Origin: Octopus sinensis
Taxonomy: Eukaryota
Direction: 5' to 3'
Length of the DNA: 14,203 nucleotides
NCBI RefSeq assembly: GCF_006345805.1
Contig: NW_021825797.1
Location: forward strand, 1 to 14,203
In this document: piece by piece, positions 1 to 9,162 of the stretch
Numbering within the stretch: the stretch's first letter is position 1
Layout: every line of letters begins with the position of its first letter
Notes under the pieces: generated by a model
The model's database searches: none
Told to the model about the DNA's origin: nothing
Seen by the model: only the letters and a program-made list of their open reading frames with translations
Position numbers and translations under genes: made by a program

Positions 1-609
1 GGGCAGGCGGGCGGGGCGGAGAGAGCAGATGCTCGGTCCACGGAACATCCTCTGACAAGGGCGGTGTGGATAGGGGGTGAGGGGATATCCACGTAGGATG
101 AAGTGGCGAGCCACGAATTGAGACTGAGTCTCAAAGTCATGGTCTTCACTACAGAGCCTGCGTACACGGAGGAATTGGGAATAGAGGATGGAAAGTTTGG
201 TGTATCTAAATGGGAGGAGGAGAAGTTGAGGTATGAGTGTGAGTCTATGTGTTTGTAGTTGATGGAAGTGGTGAGAGTGGAGTGATGAATGCTGACCGAA
301 ATATCAAGAAAGGAGACAAAGGTGTCAGAGATAGTGCAGGAGGAGTGGAGGGCAGAATAAAAAACAGAGGAAACAAAGGAGAAGAAGGAGTCTAGATGTT
401 CACGGGAGAGTGAGATCGCACCGATACAGTCGTCAATATAACAGCCGTATTGTTCGGGAATGGGACAAGTGAAACTTGAGAGTATTTGGGCCTCAACGTA
501 GCCAATGAACAGGTTCGCATAGTCGGAGCCCATTCTTGTTCCCATCGCCACTCCCGAGACTGGTGGTAAAAATCACCAACAAACGAGAATCAGTTGAGTG
601 AGAGGACAA
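1..609 (-). mobile_element. Degraded Penelope-like element (PLE) reverse transcriptase fragment, running off the window start
   Basis: Manual minus-strand translation across frameshifts and a stop gives VLSLN*FSFVGDFYHQ / VSGVAMGTRMGSDYANLFIGYVE...YGCYIDDCIG / SDTFVSFLDISV...NYKHIDSHSYLNFSSSH / SILYSQFLRVRRLCSEDHDF...FILRGYP. The GxAMG, YIDD, FLD, D-SHSYL, SQFLR-RR-CS and RGYP motifs are typical of PLE RT and thumb regions. Confidence 0.88.
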
Positions 610-610
610 A

Positions 611-780
611 TATACAAGGATGGTCAAAAGTCACCTGACAGTAAGTCAAAACTATTTAATTCCAAGATGAGACTTCACTAATAAATACACAAATGCTGGA
701 AAACAAAACGGTGATTTTGACTCACAGCATTCAATTATTAAACATTCATAATTGGAATGAATAAATAAAATCGAATATTA
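611..780 (+). mobile_element. Possible Tc1/mariner-type terminal fragment abutting the PLE
   Basis: TA-TACAAGGATGGTCAAAAGTC starts where PLE homology ends and resembles TACAGGGTGGTCAAAA-type ITR starts. No partner ITR was seen and the right boundary is arbitrary. Confidence 0.3.
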
Positions 781-811
781 AGTATATACATGTGTATGTG
801 TGCGTGCGTAC

Positions 812-1003
812 GTGTGTGTTTGTTCCTCCTCCCTGTTATTGCTTGACTACCGTTGCTGGTGTGTCTATCTCCCTGTAACTTAGCAGTTCAGCAAAACCGT
901 CCGATAGAATAAGTCCTGGCGGAGTCGATGTGTTCGACTAAAACACTTTGAGATAGTGCTCCATCATGACCACAATCAAATGATTGAAGCGAGTAAAAGC
1001 ATA
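812..1003 (+). mobile_element. SINE family A (octopus-type tRNA-derived SINE), 3' half
   Basis: CTGTAACTTAGCAGTTCAGCAAAA...GATAGAATAAGTCCTGG...GTCGATGTGTTCGACTAAA...GTGCTCCATCATGACCACAATCAAATGATTGAA matches the copies at 1415-1650, 4970-5358 and 5880-6239. Confidence 0.8.
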
Positions 1004-1060
1004 AACACACACACAGTCTCTCTCTCTCTCTCTGCTAACACACACATGCACACACACACA

Positions 1061-1110
<50 letters not shown>
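1004..1110. repeat. (CA)n/(CT)n microsatellite
   Basis: Directly visible dinucleotide runs. Confidence 0.95.
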
Positions 1111-1111
<1 letters not shown>

Positions 1112-1112
<1 letters not shown>

Positions 1113-1295
1113 CTTTTACACGTTTCACACTTCAGACAGAGACCATGCTGGACAACCGGCTTATTCGGTTTCATCGATAACTGTATTTCTTTATTTCAGC
1201 CCGGTACTTATACTATAGGTCTCTTTTTGTCGAAACTTGAAGTTACGAGAACGTACACAAAGTAACACCGGTTGACAAGTGGTGGCGGGCAAACA
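1112..1295 (-). mobile_element. SINE family A, 3' half, inverted
   Basis: CCATGCTGGACAACCG...GGTACTTATACTATAGGTCTCTTTTTGTCGAAACTTGAAGTTACG...CGGTTGACAAG is the diverged reverse complement of the family A body. Confidence 0.72.
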
Positions 1296-1377
1296 CACAC
1301 ATACACACGCATGCACACACATACACACGCAGACACGCTTATACATACATATACATATACATACATACATACATAGA

Positions 1378-1413
<36 letters not shown>
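1296..1413. repeat. (CA)n/(TACA)n microsatellite
   Basis: Directly visible. Confidence 0.9.
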
Positions 1414-1414
1414 T

Positions 1415-1650
1415 AGGCGTTGGTGTGGTTGTGTGATAAGAAGCTTGCTTCCAGCCACATGTTTCTGGGTTCAGACCGCGGGCCAACCAGAGCCGTTCCC
1501 ATAACTTAGCGGTTCGGCAAAAGTAATCGATAATATAAGTACCAGGTTTGAAAAACAAATACTGGGGTTGATTCATTCGTCTAAAAATTCTTCCAGGCGG
1601 TGCCCCAGCGTGGCCGCAGTCTAATGACTGCTACTAGAAAAACGAAAAAG
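1415..1650 (+). mobile_element. SINE family A with tRNA-like head and an internal deletion
   Basis: The head GGCGTTGGTGTGGTTGTGTGATAAG (A-box-like)...GGGTTCAGACC (B-box-like) is joined to the body CATAACTTAGCGGTTCGGCAAAAG...GGCGGTGCCCCAGCGTGGCCGCAGTCTAATGACTG. Confidence 0.82.
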
Positions 1651-2010
1651 GTAAAAAAAAAAACGTAATATACATACATACCATACACCACACACAGGGA
1701 CACACATGCACACATACATACGTGCACGTATACTAGTGTCAGCATATATGTGTGTATGTTAGAATGAATATGATAATTAATAGAGTCGATAGAATCGATC
1801 AGACAATATATTTTATAGGACTCGTATCAGAATATTATTCCCGCAGGTAATATAGAAATACATATTCTATATTCCCATGCACGAATAAACAAACACACGA
1901 ACAGACACAAGCTTGTATCTATACATAACTTTGTATCATTATTTTCATATACTTTTAAGACAAATATTTAACTCCTATACAAAAACAATATAAAATGTTT
2001 TATTCTAATA

Positions 2011-2707
2011 TACGAGGTCTGATCAATAAGTATCTGGACTGTGGCCATAGTAACGAAGCTAAAGCACGAACAGTGAAGCTGCTTGGAAAAGATTGATCTT
2101 GAACTCTACTGTCAATGCACACTAAGTTTTAACGGTCTAGCTCATTTCTGCTGTTTATAACAGTGCTTAGAAGGAATGTGTATAGCATGTGATCGTCGCA
2201 TTGACCATGGCAGAGAAAGTTGTCATGGTAATAGCTGCTCAAAGGCCTACGCAAAGTTGCAGAAAGTGTATGGAGAGGAGTGTTTAAGCCGCACACAAGT
2301 TTACGAGTGGTTCAGACGTTTGCAAAATGGCCGAAAAAATGTTGATATTGACGAACGTTCTGGGCGACCCGCAATCAAAAGAACTGAGAAAAACATGGTA
2401 GATGTGCATGCAGCTGTGAGGGGAAATCCTCGAATCATCATCCGTGAGTTATCAGAGGATGTGCAGTCCAGTCCATTATCACTGAAGATTTGGGAATGAG
2501 ACGCATGTCTGCCAAGTTCGTGCCAAAACTGCTTTCAGCTGACTAAAAGGACACTCGGGTTTCAGCTGCACAATGTCCCCTTGATTTTGTCGCGAAGGAT
2601 GTAAACATTTTGAAAACTTTGCGTAGGCCTTTGAGCAGGTATCGCCAAGCTTTTGGCAAAATTTGATGCAGATTCTCTGCTCAACTTTCTCTGTCATATT
2701 CAATGCG
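2011..2707 (+). mobile_element. Defective mariner (Tc1/mariner) element: left ITR, transposase N-terminus, then an inverted copy of its own 5' region
   Basis: TA-TACGAGGTCTGATCAATAAGT is a mariner-type ITR start, with ATG at 2207 (MAEKV). The HTH region reads KLQKVYGEECLSRTQVYEWFRRLQNGRKNVDIDERSGRP...RIIIRELSEDV, then EDLGMRRMSAKFVPKLL (WVPHEL-equivalent) in a shifted frame. 2615-2707 is the reverse complement of ~2197-2258 and reads MTEKVEQRICIKFCQKLGDTCSKAYAK. Confidence 0.9.
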
Positions 2708-2959
2708 TTGTCGCATATCTTTGCGGGTCTATGTATAGAAGACATGTGTTTGTGCGTCTGTGCATGTCTGTATTAGCAGTCATCTCTAGGATTAAATTTA
2801 CAGCAAGTTTATTAAGCAAATTTATGCTGCAATTAACAGAATTCTGCCGTATTGTATAGCGATACGAAGAGATAGGTATATAAACAGTCACACATATACA
2901 CATGCACACGCATTCATACAAGTAGATATACCTACATACACATAAATATATTATATATG

Positions 2960-3259
2960 GAAAGAGAGAGGGGAGATAGGGGGAGAGAGAGGGAGAGAGA
3001 GGGGGAGAGAGGGGGAGAGATATACACATATATAAGCACTCAAATATATTTGCATTTAATTATAGAGAAATATAGAGTTAAGAAAAGAAAGAAAGAAAGA
3101 TAGAGGAGGTGCTTTACAAAACGGTGTATATATAATATATATATATTATACACGTATTATGTACATATTCACGTATATATATATATATATAATATATATA
3201 TATACATATGTGTGTGTGTATAGATATGTATAATATATATATATATACATACATAAATA

Positions 3260-3293
<34 letters not shown>

Positions 3294-3328
3294 TATATTA
3301 TATATCCACGTATACACACAAACTGTGC

Positions 3329-3367
<39 letters not shown>

Positions 3368-3425
3368 GTGTGTTAGCCACAGAGAGAGAGAGAGAGAGAG
3401 AGAAGACTGACAGACTCACAGACAG
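2960..3425. repeat. Compound microsatellite region: GA-rich, (AT)n, (GT)n, (AG)n
   Basis: Directly visible, with short unique spacers. Confidence 0.9.
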
Positions 3426-3924
3426 GCAGACGGGCAGGCAGACAAACAGATTGGCATTGACATGGAAAGAAAACGCGCGTGTAGAAACGAAATCCATGAT
3501 CAATAGGAGACCTTCCGCGCACCGAACATAATCCAATAGCAACAAAATCCGCCCCTAAGGCTCTAGCATTCAATTCCTTATAGATCAAGATTAAATATTA
3601 TTATAGTGTATCGATTTCCGCTCTGTTGTTGTTATTGTTGCTGTTGTTGTTGTTGTCATTGTCGTCGTCGCCGTCCTCCTCATAATTCTTATTTCCTCTC
3701 TTCGCGAATATCCTCCATCGACGTAACAGACCGGCAGAACCTTTACTCCGGGACTAATTTCACACCTCTTTCTCTCACTTCTCGCCCTCTTCTTCGCATT
3801 TTGCTGTGAAAATAGCCATTCATTAAGTTGGAAAAAAATCTCTCAAGAGAGATTTAATTATGAATAGCAATTATTTTTCATTTAGGAAATGATAATATTA
3901 CTGATTAATATCGTTATTGTAAGA

Positions 3925-4533
3925 CTGATGACGATGATAATAATAATAACAGATAGATATAATGGAAGGTCACTGTGGTGATGATAATCACGGTGGTGGT
4001 GGTGGTGGTGGTAGTGATGGTGATGGTGGTGGTGGTGGTGGTGATGGTGATGGTGGAGGTGGTGGTGATGGTGTTGGTGCTGGCGGTCGTTCTTCTTGTA
4101 ATGAAGATGGTGGTGGTGTTGGTGTTGTTGTTATTGGTGGTGGTGGTTTGCAGTTGTTGATGTGATAATGGTGGTGGTAGTAGTGGGGTGGTGGTGGTGG
4201 TGGTATTGGTGGTTGCTGTGATGATGATGGTGGTGCTGGTGGTAATCGTAGTTGTTGCTATTGTTCATTTTGCGATGCTGATAGAGGTGATGATGCCGGT
4301 GGTGCTGGTGGTTGTTGTTGTTGTTGTGATGGTGGTAGCGGGGGTGGTGGTGCTGCTGCCGGAGGTTGTTGTTGTTGTTGCTGTTGCAGTTGGGTGGTGG
4401 TAGTTACGGTGACGATGATGATAATAATCATGATATAGATTTGTCTGCTTTATAATAATGATGATTTCTCATACATAAAGTTGATGATGAGATGATCATG
4501 ATCATGACGATGATGATGGTGATGATAATGATG
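3925..4533. repeat. Degenerate trinucleotide tract (GGT/GAT/GTT)n
   Basis: Directly visible. It generates spurious poly-Gly and poly-Val ORFs. Confidence 0.92.
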
Positions 4534-4729
4534 ACAACTGAGAGAATCGTTGGCACGCCACACAAGATGCTTAATGGCATTTCGTCTGTCTTCATGTTCT
4601 GAGTTCAAATTCCGCCGAGGTCGACTTTGTCTTTGATCCTTTCGGGGCCAATTAAATAAGTACCAGTTAAATATGTAATCGACTAGTCCCCTCCAACAAA
4701 TTTGACGCCTTGTGCCTCCAGTAGAAAGG

Positions 4730-4730
<1 letters not shown>
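4534..4730 (+). mobile_element. SINE family B (tRNA-derived), near full length, ending in (TTA)n
   Basis: GAATCGTTGGCACGCC...GTTCTGAGTTCAAATTCCGCCGAGGTCGACTTTG (B box GAGTTCAAATTCC)...TCCTTTCGGGG...AATAAGTACCAG...GCCTTGTGCCT...AGAAAGGATTATT. The same motifs recur at 5368, 6751, 11519 and 12929. Confidence 0.82.
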
Positions 4731-4782
<52 letters not shown>

Positions 4783-4806
4783 CATTATTGTTATTATTAT
4801 TATTAT
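4731..4806. repeat. (TTA)n microsatellite
   Basis: Directly visible. Confidence 0.95.
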
Positions 4807-4940
4807 ATGTTTGACTTTTGCTTTATATTTGTACAAGTTGGCTCCAAGTCTTACCCAGAGACCTCAAGAGGCAACAGGTTGGAAGTTCGTATTGTTGTTA
4901 TTCCTAGTGTGCCATATATTTGGAAAAATGTATTGTGATG
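4807..4940 (-). mobile_element. Probable 3' UTR of a non-LTR retrotransposon (R4/Dong-like) ending in (TAA)n
   Basis: The minus strand reads ...CTCTTGAGGTCTCTGGGTAAGACTTGGAGCCAACTTGTACAAATATAAAGCAAAAGTCAAACAT directly into (TAA)n. No ORF is present. The family call rests on the tail type and my recollection of similar ends. Confidence 0.45.
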
Positions 4941-4969
4941 CTTGTTTCGTCTATCTGTTACCATCGCCT

Positions 4970-5358
4970 GTTCCAGTCATTTGACTACGACCATTCTGGG
5001 GCACCGTCCTAAAGAAATTTTAGTCTAATGAATCGACCCCTCCCCAGTACATATTCTATCAGTCCTTTTTGCCGAACCGTGAAGTTGTGGGGACTTAAGA
5101 GCGCCAACACAGGTTGTCAAGTGGTGGAGGTGTACAACACACACACACACACACACACACATACACACAGAAACACAGACACACAAACGCACATACACAC
5201 ATAAACACACACACACAAAGACACTCACACAAACACACACTCACAAGGATTGGTCGGCCTGAGGCTATTGTAGACGTCACTTGCCTAAGATGCCATGCAG
5301 TGGGACTGAACCCGGTACCATGTGGTTGGAGAGGAATCTTCTTACCACACAGCTATGT
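4970..5358 (-). mobile_element. SINE family A, near full length with internal (CA)n
   Basis: CAGTCATTTGACTACGACCATTCTGGGGCACCG...GCCGAACCGTGAAGTT...(CA)n...CACTTGCCTAAGATGCCATGCAGTGGGACTGAACCCGG...TTACCACACAGC. The minus strand shows A-box-like and B-box-like (GGTTCAGTCCC) motifs. Confidence 0.85.
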
Positions 5359-5367
5359 TTGCAGCTC

Positions 5368-5495
5368 TTTACGTTCTGAGTTCAAATTCCACCGGTGTTA
5401 ACTTGTGCCTTACATCCTTTGTGCTCGATAAACTAAATTACCTATATAAGCCTTAAAAATGACAGGCCTTGGCCCCAAAATTAGAAAGAATTATT
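5368..5495 (+). mobile_element. SINE family B fragment
   Basis: TTTACGTTCTGAGTTCAAATTCCACCGG...GCCTTACATCCTTT...CGATAAA...GGCCTTGGCCCCAAAATTAGAAAG. Confidence 0.75.
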
Positions 5496-5506
5496 TTTAA
5501 GTCTGT

Positions 5507-5594
5507 GAGGAGGCAGAATTTTCAACTTTAGCTTTTATCTTCTCGGAGTCAACAAAATAAAGTACCATTGAAGTTCTTGGGTAAATCGAATTCC
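5507..5594 (+). mobile_element. Degraded SINE family B segment, interrupted at 5595 by a TTAA element; its 3' end probably resumes at 6678-6701
   Basis: TCAACTTTAGCTTTTATCTTCTCGGAGTCAACAAAATAAAGTACC...AATCGA aligns to the family B body. The family B tail motif GGCCTTGTGCCTAAAT appears immediately after 6677. Confidence 0.55.
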
Positions 5595-5879
5595 TTAACT
5601 CGTTGCCTGCCATGAACCCTATTCGGGGAATCTGCTAAAAACAATCTCCCTGTAGGTTGTTCGTTGTATTTAAAGTGAATTGCTTCTGTACACCGCATTT
5701 GCAGAGGTGTGTTTAACAAGATTTTAGTAATTAAAGTTTGTCATTATCAGCTCTGGCTAATTCTAGAGGACATTTTATGTCATAAATCGCAATTTTTGGA
5801 CTACAAAAATATTGACTTTTTTGAAAGCGTTTTTTTTCTCTTTTTTATTTGTTTTTGCATTTCCCATTTATATCATTCT

Positions 5880-6239
5880 ACTCTTTTTTTATTCTTTTAT
5901 TTGATGCAGTCATTTGATTACGGCCATGCTGGAGTACTGCCTTTATTCGAACAAATCGACCCCAGGGATCATTCTTTATCGGTCAATTTGCCGAACCGCC
6001 AAGTTACGGGGACGTAAACACACCAGCATCGGTTGTCAAGGGATGTTGGGGGTAGGGGTCAAACACAGACACACAAGCATATATAGATATATGCGACGGG
6101 CTTCTTTCGATTTCCGTCTACCAAATTCACTCACAAGGTTTTGGTCGACTCGAGGTTTATAGAAGAAGACACTTGCCCAAGCTGCCACGCAGCTACATGG
6201 TTCGTAAGCAAGCTACTTACCACGCAGCCACTCCTATGC
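5880..6239 (-). mobile_element. SINE family A, near full length
   Basis: CAGTCATTTGATTACGGCCATGCTGGAG...GCCGAACCGCCAAGTTACGGGGACGTAAACAC...GAAGACACTTGCCCAAG...CTACTTACCACGCAGCCACTCC, with the tRNA-like head at the right end. Confidence 0.88.
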
Positions 6240-6256
6240 ACATGGAGAAAACACCT

Positions 6257-6321
6257 AAGCCACCTGGCAAAGCCACCTGGCAAAGCCACCTGGCAAAGCC
6301 ACCTGGCAAAGCCACCTGGCA
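6257..6321 (+). repeat. Five perfect copies of the 13-bp unit AAGCCACCTGGCA
   Basis: Counted directly. Units start at 6257, 6270, 6283, 6296 and 6309. Confidence 0.97.
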
Positions 6322-6405
6322 AAACCAAAATATATTTTTTAAAATTTGGCAGTTAACGGGTTAACCCACCCCACCTCATCTACCCAATGATTACCATCTA
6401 CTTAA

Positions 6406-6673
6406 CCCTTTCGTTACTGACCTGGCTGAAATCGTAGCGTCTCCTGGACTCGTAGCGTCTACTGGACTCGTAACCGATACATGACATCGTTATCTTGACG
6501 GTTATGCTTTTGAAAACCATAAGAAAGGGACAGTTACGAAACACCTCAAGAACAAAAAGGAAGTTTTTAAGATTGCGAGAGGCAATTTGAAATGTCACTC
6601 TTCTGCGAAGAAACAGCACGTGTAATCAGCTACACCCTAGTGACGTCATCAGCATTCTATAGCAACGAAAGTG
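6406..6673. mobile_element. piggyBac-like MITE 2 (268 bp, TTAA TSD)
   Basis: TTAA(6402-6405)-CCCTTTCGTTAC...GCAACGAAAGTG-TTAA(6674-6677). The TIRs match at 10 of 12 positions. Confidence 0.75.
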
Positions 6674-6750
6674 TTAAAACTACTGGCCTTGTGCCTAAAT
6701 CGTAACCCACCAGGACATTGCAGTTAATATTTTGGCTCTATGTTCTTATG

Positions 6751-6842
6751 CCGTGCTGAGTTCAAACCCTGCCGTCGTCAATTTCACTTTTCATATTTTC
6801 AATATAAAATACAGTACCTGCCTTCTCCCTAAACTAGAAACC
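6751..6842 (+). mobile_element. Highly degraded SINE family B fragment
   Basis: GTGCTGAGTTCAAACCCTGCCGTCGTCAATTTCACTTTTCAT...AAAATACAGTACC...GCCTTCTCCCTAAACTAGAAACC. Confidence 0.55.
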
Positions 6843-7157
6843 GTTCTTTGAGGCAGATCTAACTGCTTTTTCTAGCAACTGAAACAACCACCGCGAGATT
6901 CCTTCATTTATTGATTCTATGTGTAGGCACCACGTCTCCATTGATTCTCATTGTCAACGTTATTTACCTTGTCATTCATTTTATTTGATAATTTGTGTAT
7001 TTTTTTATATTTGTTTTGAAATAATTCTGTCTTGCTTTTAATGCTATTTTGTTGGAATTCATATTTTCGGTTTTCTATAGAATTTAGCGATAATATTAAA
7101 ACCTTATTTTAATCACTCTTTAAGCTGTTCAATACATTACTCGTTAGATTTTTGGCA

Positions 7158-7255
7158 AATATATACACAACCCAACACACATACATACATACAAATATAC
7201 CAATATACATACGTACATGCATATACACTCATATATATATATATATCAATATATA

Positions 7256-7331
<76 letters not shown>

Positions 7332-7543
7332 CATATATATAAATACATACATACATACATACATACATGTTGTGTTTGTGTATATATATATATATAATAT
7401 TATATGTATATGTATATACACATGAGTTTGTGTGTATGTATGTGTTCAGTTGTGAGTATATTTGTCAAAAATCTTGAGAGTAATGCAATATAACATCAAA
7501 ATTATCATCACTACACATATACATACCTCCCCCTATATATATA

Positions 7544-7588
<45 letters not shown>

Positions 7589-7593
7589 TATAT
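7158..7593. repeat. (AT)n/(TACA)n microsatellite region
   Basis: Directly visible, with short unique spacers. Confidence 0.9.
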
Positions 7594-7625
7594 GATGTTC
7601 AATTTAATAATTCCTTTTTTTTTGT

Positions 7626-7696
7626 AATTATTGAATCGCTCTTGCAATAAATGAAGTGCGATTATTGGATGGCATTGACAATGATGATGACGACGA
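7626..7696 (+). repeat. Short duplicated non-coding motif, copy 1 (copy 2 at 10653-10729)
   Basis: TTGCAATAAATGAAGTGCGATTATTGGATGGCATTGACAATGATGATGACGACGA matches 10675-10729 at 52 of 55 positions. Confidence 0.9.
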
Positions 7697-7930
7697 GAAG
7701 AAGAAGAAGAAGAAGAAGAAGAAGAAGAAGAAGAAAGAAGAAGAAGAAGAAGAATAGAAGAAGAAGAAGAAGTTAGAAGAAGAAGAAGAAAAAGAAGAAG
7801 AGACAGATTGCGATTTGTGTTTATATTAATAGTGGCGCTTTTAATGATATTAATGAGTTCGATGATGATGAAGAAGAAGAAGAAGAAGAAGAAGAAGAAG
7901 AAGAAGAAAGAAGAAGAAGAAGAAGGAGAA

Positions 7931-7977
<47 letters not shown>

Positions 7978-8020
7978 AGAAGAAGAAGAAGAAGAAGAAG
8001 AAGAAGAGGTGGTGGTGGTG
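7697..8020. repeat. (GAA)n tracts with a ~60-bp unique spacer
   Basis: Directly visible. Confidence 0.95.
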
Positions 8021-8316
8021 GAGATGTCGATTTGTTTGTTTGTGACAAAAAAAAAGGAGAGGTTTCTTCAATAACGTTTGGTAATTCTATTTGTTTCTTC
8101 CGCTCTCTGCTTAATCAGAATGATAATCCTTCTAATCTCTGCGAAAAAAAAAATAGAAAATCAAAAACCAAAATTTTAGAAAAATTACTTTTTACATAGA
8201 AAATTCTGTTTGTGTGTGTGCGTGTGTGCGGAATCGTGTGTGCGTGTGCGAATGTACGTTTGCGCGCGTATGGTAGATGTGGAGCTTGAAGTTGGAGACA
8301 ATAACAAAAGAAAGTA

Positions 8317-8514
8317 ATACACACAGACATGTGCACATATATACACACACATATATACATATACACATACATATATACATATATGCTTACATACAAAACA
8401 TACATACAAGCATACATACATACGTACATACGTACATACATACATACATACATACATACATACATACATACATACATACATACATACATCCATACATAAA
8501 TACATACATACATA
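8317..8514. repeat. (TACA)n/(CA)n microsatellite
   Basis: Directly visible. Confidence 0.93.
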
Positions 8515-8540
8515 TTTAGAAAGGTTGACATAAACAGGAA

Positions 8541-8817
8541 GTGTAGCATCTCCTGGACTCGCAGCGTCTCCTGGACTCGTAGCGTCTACTGGACTCGTAG
8601 CGTCTCCTGGACTCGTAACCGATACATGACATCGTATCTTGACGGTTATGCTTTTGAAAGCCATAAGAAAGGGACAGTTACGAAACACCTCAAGAACAAA
8701 AAGGAAGTTTTTAAGATTGCGAGAGGCAATTTGAAATGTCACTCTTCTGCGAAGAAACAACACGTGTAATCAGCTACAACCTAGTGACGTCATCAGGATC
8801 CAGCATTCTATAGCAAC
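8541..8817 (+). repeat. Second copy of the interior of MITE 2 (6432-6666), without TIRs, starting with four 18-bp units TCGTAGCGTCTCCTGGAC
   Basis: Beyond the 18-bp array (4 units here, 2 at 6432-6467) the copies differ by 3 substitutions, a 1-bp indel and a 7-bp indel over about 200 bp. Confidence 0.95.
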
Positions 8818-9067
8818 ATGGTGTTGTTGCTAAACCAATACACAATGCTATCTGCAGAAGAGACTTCCCTGGATTAAATATAAACATTTCTGCTATGGAG
8901 TACATACGAACACAAGGAATATTATGCGAACATTCCCATCAAAACTTCTGCCAAGTGCAAACAAAAGAGACCTGACATTGTTATTTGGGACTGAAAAGAA
9001 AATTACAGCCGACGAAGTCAGTTACTTTACAGATCTGAATAGCACTTTCAAATCCAGTGAGAAGGAG

Positions 9068-9098
9068 ATATTCTTTTCTGCTCTAGGCACAAGGCCCG

Positions 9099-9102
<4 letters not shown>
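9068..9102 (-). mobile_element. SINE family B 3' tail remnant
   Basis: The reverse complement ATTTCGGGCCTTGTGCCTAGAGCAGAAAAGAATAT matches the family B tail. Confidence 0.55.

Positions 9103-9162
<60 letters not shown>

Larger units (their letters stand above)
5599..6360. mobile_element. piggyBac-like non-autonomous element 1 (TTAA TSD, 14-bp imperfect TIR) containing a nested SINE
   Basis: TTAA(5595-5598)-CTCGTTGCCTGCCA...TGGCAGTTAACGGG-TTAA(6361-6364). The TIRs match at 11 of 14 positions, and a subterminal tandem array lies at 6257-6321. Confidence 0.68.

Noticed and set aside
6398-6619. Duplicated ORF MLFLRRRVTFQIASRNLKNF (also 8185-8763)
   Set aside because: The shared peptide simply reflects the DNA duplication. 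The copies differ by a frameshift and show no recognisable domain.
6590-6660. CTGATGA on the minus strand of the duplicated segment (also near 8790) as a second hammerhead
   Set aside because: A possible GTCACT/AGTGAC stem is followed by ATTTC rather than GAAA, and no stem I or III or cleavage triplet can be built.
8541-8612. The 18-bp array here and the 13-bp array at 6257-6321 as CRISPR-like repeats
   Set aside because: The units are contiguous with no unique spacers, the context is eukaryotic and there are no cas genes.
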